Shown here: positions 59,518 through 64,000 of the stretch, piece by piece
Layout of the letters: each line of letters begins with the position of its first letter
Position numbering within the stretch: the first letter of the stretch is position 1
Source of the DNA: Macrostomum lignano
Taxonomy: Eukaryota
DNA length: 64,000 nt
Direction of reading: 5' to 3'
Assembly: GCA_002269645.1 (NCBI GenBank)
Contig: NIVC01000636.1
Coordinates: 186,001 to 250,000, forward strand
Notes under the pieces: model-generated
What the model saw: only the letters and a program-made list of their open reading frames with translations
Databases searched by the model: none
What the model was told of the DNA's origin: nothing
Made by a program: the position numbers and the translations under genes

Positions 59518-61098
59518 ATGGCCAAGTGGGGCGAAGGCGATCCGCGCTGGATAGTGGAGGAGCGGGCAGACGCCAAGAATGTCAACAACTGGCACTGGAC
59601 GGAGAAGAACGCCACCCAGTGGTCCAAGGACAAGCTGCGCGAGCTGCTGGTGGGCTTCAAGGTCAGCGAGGCCGACAGCTTCGAGTTCCGGGTGTCCGAC
59701 ATGCCCAAGTGCGACGGCGAGGCCACGGCGAATAACCGCAAGGCCAAGCTGATTTTCTTCTACGAATGGACCATCACGCTGGACTGGGAGGGCCAGCTGC
59801 TGGGCTGCGACAACAAGACCAAGTTCAAGGGTAAGGTCGAGGTCATCAACCTGTCGGAGGAGAACAGCGCCAGCGAGATCGATATGGACGTGTCGGTGGA
59901 GTCCAGCTCTAATGATGCCTTCAAGCTGAAGGAGCTGGTGCGCCGGGTGGCTGTGCCTCGGCTGCAGACCCAACTGGGGATGTACATCGACCAGCTGCGG
60001 ACCGAGTTCTCCCAGGTGAGCTCTGCACTGCTGGCACTGCCTTGTGTCTGAGGACTCAGTCTGCTGGCACTTAGGTGTGTCTGAGGACCCAGTCTGATAG
60101 CACTGCCGTGTGTCTGAGGACCCAGTCTGCTGGCGCTGCCGTGTGTCTGAGGACCCAGTCTGCTGGCGCTGCCGTGTGTCTGAGGACCCAGTCTGCTGGC
60201 ACTTAGATGTGTCTGAGGACCCAGTCTGCTGGCACTTAGATGTGTCTGAGGACCCAGTCTGCTAGCACTGCCATGTGTCTGAGGACCCAGTCCGCCAGCA
60301 GCATACTCGTGTATTTTCTAACCTCACACAAACCTCACCCCCCCCCCCGCCAGAACCTGATTCTGCCCACCAAAGGCGACACCGGAAAGCCGGCGCTGGC
60401 CACCTCCAACGCCGCAGCCCCGGCCGCCTCCACGGTGACTCGCGACCGCACCGTCATCGCGGGCAGCGACGGCCCCAAGGCTCCGTCCGGCTCAGCCGAT
60501 TCCTCTGGCGCCCGCCTGGCCACCAAGAAGCTGACCTTCAAGGAGGAGTTCTTCTGCGCCCCCGAAGACCTGTTCCGCGTGTTCACCCAGGAGCACCTGC
60601 TGGCCGCCTTTGTCCGCGCCCGCGCCACCGCCGATGCTCGGGAGGGCGGCGAGTTCAGCCTCTGTGACGGCTCCATCACCGGCTTCTTCGACGAGCTGGT
60701 GAGTGCACGGCGACCTGCCTGACGCCAGGGATTTTTAGTAAATTCAGTACAGGGATATCTGTGAGTTTCTGTGTGCCAAAGTTAGGACTCGAACCCGCGG
60801 TCACCTGCGGTAGCAATAAGTAGCACGCATACTATAAGTCAGCATTGGCCTTCATACTCACCCCTCACTCCAGCTGCCACCCGACCGCCTGGTGATGCGC
60901 TGGCGCCACCGGAAGTGGCCGGCCGGCCACCATTCAATTTGCGAGCTGAAGTTCCGGCCAAGCGACGGCGGCACCCAACTGGAGCTGGTGCAGACGCAGG
61001 TGCCCGAGAAGGAGGTGGAGTTCACCCGCAACAGCTGGCAGGAGCACTACTTCAGGGCTATCAAACAGACCTTCGGCTACGGCGGCAAACTGTTTTGA
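59518..61098 (+). CDS. AHSA1: Activator of Hsp90 ATPase (Aha1); exons 59518-60015, 60354-60698, 60874-61098
   Basis: MAKWGEGDPRWIVEERADAKNVNNWHWTEKNA, GEATANNRKAKLIFFYEW, and C-terminal START-like domain (MRWR...WP..H...QTQVPE...W.EHYF..IKQTFGYG). Both junctions are phase-0 GT-AG. Confidence 0.97.
60040..60295. repeat. 33-bp minisatellite in AHSA1 intron 1
   Basis: Unit GTGTGTCTGAGGACCCAGTCTGCTGGCGCTGCC. Confidence 0.93.
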
Positions 61099-61648
61099 TT
61101 GGCGCTCTGCCAATTATAACATTCTGCTACTATCTGCTTTATTTTCCATCCCAGACTTAAGTAGTATCTAGGCACAGCCGTTCGGCATCCCAGATCCGCT
61201 ACTATCCAGATCAATTCAATTTAGCAGCTTTCAAGGATTAACATAGTAACTAATTTATAATAAACGACAATTAATTATTTTGTATTGCGTAATACTATTA
61301 CGTAAATGTTTTGTTTGTTTGTGTGAGTCAAAGCAATTTAAATTTAAATATAAAGTATTGTTGACTTTATCACACTACTGATCAGTAGCGCGCAGCAATT
61401 TACTCCCCATAATCCCAGATTTCAAGTTCAATGGTTCAATTCGCAGTCGGGTCCGGAATCTATTGCATTTTCCATCTTTTTGTACCCCTTTTTTTCTCAG
61501 CCGCAGATACTGGAATAACCAGATGTGTCATCCACAATTAAAGGTGTAAAAGAGCAAAGCGTCTACTCTTATCAGTGGTTTGTCTGCGTTTTGTCACTTT
61601 AATTTAATCTGGCAGCTAAAATTTCCTTTCCTTCCTCGGGGGCAGCCT

Positions 61649-61755
61649 CAATCTAGCTCAGCCAATGAGAGGGCACTAAGGAAAGAAGTCAGATTTAGAC
61701 GGACGAAACCCAGCCTAGGGGGCAGGCCCAATCTAGCTCAGCCAATGAGAGGGCA
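61649..61755 (+). promoter_or_regulatory. Duplicated CCAAT-box module upstream of the EF-hand gene
   Basis: CAATCTAGCTCAGCCAATGAGAGGGCA at 61649-61675 and 61729-61755, between the AHSA1 3' end and the EF-hand gene's 5' intron. Confidence 0.45.
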
Positions 61756-62404
61756 GTGAGGAAAGGCGTTTAAAGTCAGATACGCGTGCAAGCGAAGCCT
61801 GGCTGGGTACTGGGGCGCCACGCCTTTTCTCTCTGGCTCGCTATGCACACGCATAGGGTTAGGGTTTTTTAGTTTTCCTGCCATCTTCAGCCTACTGAAG
61901 AGTAGATGAGCGCATTTTTACGAGGGAAATCTAATTACTCTAGTATCTGTGCTCTCAACCGGATGGAAAGCTGGTCCGGCTGTTTCATTTCAAAGAACCC
62001 TAGAAGTAAAAGATATGGGATATTGTTTCTTAGAAAACGTTTCCTATCTCTGGTTGTCATCAAGTTCAATATGCTCTTTATTAAAATGCTTGCAAAAGAA
62101 GCTTGCGATCTGTGAGACCGGGCAAGCTGCGGGTCTGCCATCTGCCCGCCATTCAGCGGCTCCGTTTGCTTATTCACATTTTTGCATCTCCTGTGCGCTT
62201 CGGTTTTTCAAAGTACATAAAAGTACATGTGGTTGCGCCTGCTCTGAGACACAAAATTTCTACATAATCTTTGATGCCGTGGGCCTTCTGATTGAAAGTG
62301 TTTTGTTCTTTTTTATTTTTAAATTTGAATTTAGAGGAACACTTGTCAATCAATATTCTAAGGAATTATTCAATAATACCAATCGGTTCCATCCCTGTTT
62401 GATG

Positions 62405-63720
62405 ATACCACTGTCCCCATCCCAGTCTGAGAATCCCACTGTCCCCATCCCAGTCTGAGAATCCCACTGTCCCCATCTTAGTCTGAGAATCCCACTGTCC
62501 CCATCCCATACTGAGAATCCCACTGTCCCCATCCCATACTGAAAATCCCACTGTCCCCATCCCAGTCTGAAAATCCCACTATCCCCATCCCAGTCTGAAA
62601 ATCCCACTATCCCCATCCCAGTCTGAGAATCCCACTGTCCCCATCTTAGTCTGAGAATCCCACTGTCCCCATCCCAGTCTGAGAATTCCACTGTCCCCAT
62701 CCCAGTCTGAGAATTCCACTGTCCCCATCCCAGTCTGAGAATCCCACTGTCCCCATCCCAGTCTGAGAATCCCACTGTCCCCATCCCATACTGAGAATCC
62801 CACTGTCCCCATCCCATACTGAAAATCCCACTGTCCCCATCTTAGTCTGAGAATCCCACTGTCCCCATCCCATACTGAGAATCCCACTGTCCCCATCCCA
62901 GTCTGAGAATCCCACTGTCCCCATCCCATACTGAGAATCCCACTGTCCCCATCCCATACTGAAAATCCCACTGTCCCCATCCCAGTCTGAAAATCCCACT
63001 GTCCCCATCCCAGTCTGAAAATCCCACTATCCCCATCCCAGTCTGAAAATCCCACTGTCCCCATCCCAGTCTGAGAATCCCACTGTCCCCATCCCAGTCT
63101 GAGAATTCCACTGTCCCCATCCCAGTCTGAGAATCCCACTGTCCCCATCCCAGTCTGAGAATTCCACTGTCCCCATCCCAGTCTGAGAATCCCACTGTCC
63201 CCATCCCAGTCTGAGCACCCCATGAGAATCCCACTGTCCCCATCCCAGTCTAAGAATCCCACTGTCCCCATCCCAGTCTGAGAATCCCACTGTCCCCATC
63301 CCAGTCTGAGAACTCCCCATGAGAATCCCAGTCTGAGAACTCCCCATGAGAATCCCAGTCTGAGAACTCCCCATGAGAATCCCAGTCTGAGAACTCCCCA
63401 TGAGAATCCCAGTCTGAGAACTCCCCATGAGAATCCCAGTCTGAGAACTCCCCATGAGAATCCCAGTCTGAGAACTCCCCATAAGAATCCCAGTCTGAGA
63501 ACTCCCCATGAGAATCCCAGTCTGAAAACTCCCCATGAGAATCCCAGTCTGAGAACTGGCCGTGAGAATCCCAGTCTGAGAACTCCCCATGAGAATCCCA
63601 GTCTGAGAACTCCCCATGAGAATCCCAGTCTGAGAACTCCCCATGAGAATCCCAGTCTGAGAACTCCCCATGAGAATCCCAGTCTGAGAACTCCCCATGA
63701 GAAACCCAATCTGAGAACTG
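62405..63720. repeat. Compound 28-bp (CCCACTGTCCCCATCCCAGTCTGAGAAT) then 27-bp (GAGAATCCCAGTCTGAGAACTCCCCAT) minisatellite
   Basis: Direct reading; the unit switches near 63300. Confidence 0.95.
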
Positions 63721-63761
63721 GCCATGATAATCCCACTGTCCTAATCCCTGTTTCAGGGCCG

Positions 63762-64000
63762 ATGTCGAAGGACGGCAAAAAGCCTTACAATGCGGAGGCG
63801 GAGCGCGCCCGCATCGCCCGGCTGTTCAAGCAGCTGGACAAGGACGGCGACGGCCGCATCAGCGCCTCGGAGCTCAGCGCCGCCCTGAAGCAGCAGTACG
63901 GCCAGGAGGCCAAGCGACTGGAGGCGGCCGAGCGCGTGATCCAGGCCAGCGACTCAAACGCGGACGCGGGCCTCGATATGGACGAATTCGTCCGCTACGT
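63762..64000 (+). CDS. EF-hand calcium-binding protein N-terminus, likely calcium-binding mitochondrial carrier (SCaMC/SLC25A23-25 type); runs off the window
   Basis: After ctaat...tttcag acceptor: MSKDGKKPYNAEAERARIARLFKQLDKDGDGRISASEL...IQASDSNADAGLDMDEFVRY, two EF-hand loops. The carrier domain is not in the window, so the family call is tentative. Confidence 0.7.
   Translation, partial: MSKDGKKPYNAEAERARIARLFKQLDKDGDGRISASELSAALKQQYGQEAKRLEAAERVIQASDSNADAGLDMDEFVRY

Noticed and set aside
60781-60845. B-box-like GGTTCGAGTCC on the minus strand (similar at 36860-36885)
   Set aside because: No acceptor stem or cloverleaf; at most a decayed tRNA-derived SINE head.
1226-63720. CRISPR-like appearance of regularly spaced 28-37-bp repeats
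   Set aside because: Units are head-to-tail with no unique spacers, there are no cas genes, and the context is eukaryotic.

Overview
Eukaryotic (animal) genomic DNA with GC-rich exons and introns largely filled by intron-specific minisatellites. This architecture resembles the flatworm Macrostomum, but the species is my inference only. Spliced genes reconstructed by hand from GT/AG sites and exon phase: the 3' end of a coronin with two alternative terminal coiled-coil exons (+); a CNPase-like 2H phosphodiesterase with apparent signal peptide and hydrophobic tail (-); a KCTD-type BTB protein (-); a 7-exon ubiquitin-like + TerD-like protein (+); four tandem PAN/apple + F-type lectin paralogs (-); AHSA1/Aha1 (+); and the start of an EF-hand protein, probably a SCaMC-type carrier (+). 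Mobile elements: a Penelope-like element with an inverted 533-bp 3' copy and a candidate hammerhead ribozyme; an RTE-like LINE interrupted by a second LINE; an internally deleted Mag-like Ty3/Gypsy element; and Harbinger, mariner, hAT and RTE relics. Most long ORFs in the ORF track are read-through of tandem repeats. No rRNA, bona fide tRNA or CRISPR array was seen.
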